From Mobula hypostoma (taxonomy: Eukaryota): a stretch of 64,000 nucleotides of DNA. The notes under the pieces were generated by a model that worked only from the letters and a program-made list of their open reading frames with translations, was not told where the DNA came from and searched no databases. The translations under genes and the position numbers were made by a program. Within the stretch, counting starts at the first letter, position 1; every line of letters starts with the position of its first letter. This document shows positions 62,580 to 64,000 of this stretch, piece after piece. The DNA lies in the NCBI RefSeq assembly GCF_963921235.1, contig NC_086106.1:18910001-18974000 (forward strand), given 5' to 3'.

Positions 62580-63438
62580 TGTTACGAGAATACACATAAA
62601 ATTAAGATGTTTGCTGGCCTGGGCTAGCATCAGTGGCATCAGCAGTTGGTCTGCCACCTGCCCTCAGGGGAAGGAGAGATAAGGAACAATGGAGCAGCGT
62701 CTGGAGATGTGTAATGAAGGGATGTGGGAGGAAGAGCTGTCTGGAGCGGCTCCCCCCTTTGAACCCTGAACTGTTTGAAGTGATGGACAGGCGATATCCC
62801 AGCAGGGGGATAAAAAGGGACAGGTTCGCTAAGACAGACACACACGCCACCCGAGGTAACGAGACCCTGGAAGCGGTGCGCCTCTCACGAGTGGGTGAGA
62901 AGTGCCAGACAACGACAAGGGTGGAAAGGTACGATCAGCGGGAACCCGGTGTGTGTCCGCCCTTGCCTGGGTGCCGGGTTCACTGCAGAGGATCGACCGC
63001 ATCTGGAGGAGGGGTCACAGTCGGTGACCTCAGGTGACATCACCAAGGACCCGCCCAAATGCTGTCTGTGAGCCATCCCGCTGGTCTGTGAGTGAAGCAG
63101 TGTTCTGAATGATCAGTTGTTCCTATTCTGTCTCTCTTCCCCCACCTTGTCCATCGCCATGGCAACGATTACTGCGAACTGAACTACAAACCGGACTGAA
63201 CTTTGAGTCATTTTGAAATTGGTCATTTACCCCTAGACAACGATAGAGCTTGATTGATGCTGTTATCTTAATTCTGTGCACATGTGTGGTTATCATTGTT
63301 GAATTGTTGCATTTATTATCCTTTCGATTACTGTGTTGCTTGTTTCTTTAATAAAACTTTCTTAGTTCTAGTACTCCAGACTCCAACTGAGTGATCCATT
63401 TCTGCTGGTTTGGCAACCCAGTTACGGGGTACGTAACA
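62580..63438 (+). mobile_element. Solo LTR of the same Gypsy-like family as 20690-21543
   Basis: TGTTACG...CGTAACA termini; 4-bp TSD GCAG at 62576-62579 and 63439-63442. Confidence 0.92.
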
Positions 63439-64000
63439 GCAGAAATAAACAATTTCCCTGTGGTCTCATTGGAGATGTGGAGTTTGGAAAGAGGGCTGTG
63501 TATGAGAGGATCTGGGTTTATCAGGATGAGAGAGAAGAGGGGACAGAGGAGGAGAAGTTGACCCGCAATTGGTGAATCCAATATTTGTAGTATCAGACTG
63601 TCAATAACTCAATTGGAGAATGAGGGTCTATTCCTCTAACTTGCTTTTAGCCTCACCATGACACTGAATGATGCCGAGACCAGACGGTTTACTGTGGCAA
63701 TGGGGAGGGGAATTAAAATGGCTTCCAAGTGGGAGCTATAGGTGGCCATGGTGCCTGAAGTGCAGATGTTTGCTAAGGTGGTTCCCTTGTCATCAGTTGG
63801 GTCACTTTGAGAGCACTGAATTCAATAGTCAACAATGGATGAAGATGTGAAGGCTGAAGGCTGGTGACGTGAAAGGGAACTATCACCCAGTTTTGTCTGA
63901 GGGAGATGTATTCAGTACAGAGTTGTTGGAAATGGAGATTTGGGTCAGGTCTCTATCGATTGTAGCAGGAGATTGAATTGGAAGTTGCTGCTCTTTCTGA

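Noticed and set aside
26650-64000. A second Ig cluster or other host exons upstream of the V
   Set aside because: No Ig domain, complete RSS or spliced host ORF recognised; the long ORFs are retroelement-derived or their antisense shadows

Overview
Eukaryotic, TE-dense genomic DNA from a cartilaginous fish. The clade is inferred from the Ig domain types and the CR1/L1/Rex1/Penelope/V-SINE content; a ray is plausible but not provable here. The only host gene is an immunoglobulin heavy-chain cluster on the minus strand, most like IgW. It has a TATA box, a leader exon (26462-26507) and an intact VH exon whose 3' end carries a 74-nt Cys/Tyr-rich extension before a 23-RSS. Next come two 17-nt D segments (12-RSS/D/23-RSS) and a germline-joined DJ behind a 12-RSS. 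A ~16-kb TE-filled J-C intron follows, then two C exons resembling IgNAR C2/C3 (= IgW CH3/CH4). Four features stand out. (i) V, D, D and DJ sit in four tandem ~643-bp units, each a copy of leader+V. (ii) Each 12-RSS reads in frame as the FR3 motif TAVYHC. (iii) The parts predict a ~32-44 aa CDR3 with 5-6 Cys. (iv) No CH1/CH2-type exon is visible between J and the first C exon. The rest is nested retroelements, a hAT remnant, two inverted copies of one Gypsy LTR, and minisatellites. TE family and isotype calls are from motif recognition only, no searches were run, and TE boundaries are approximate.
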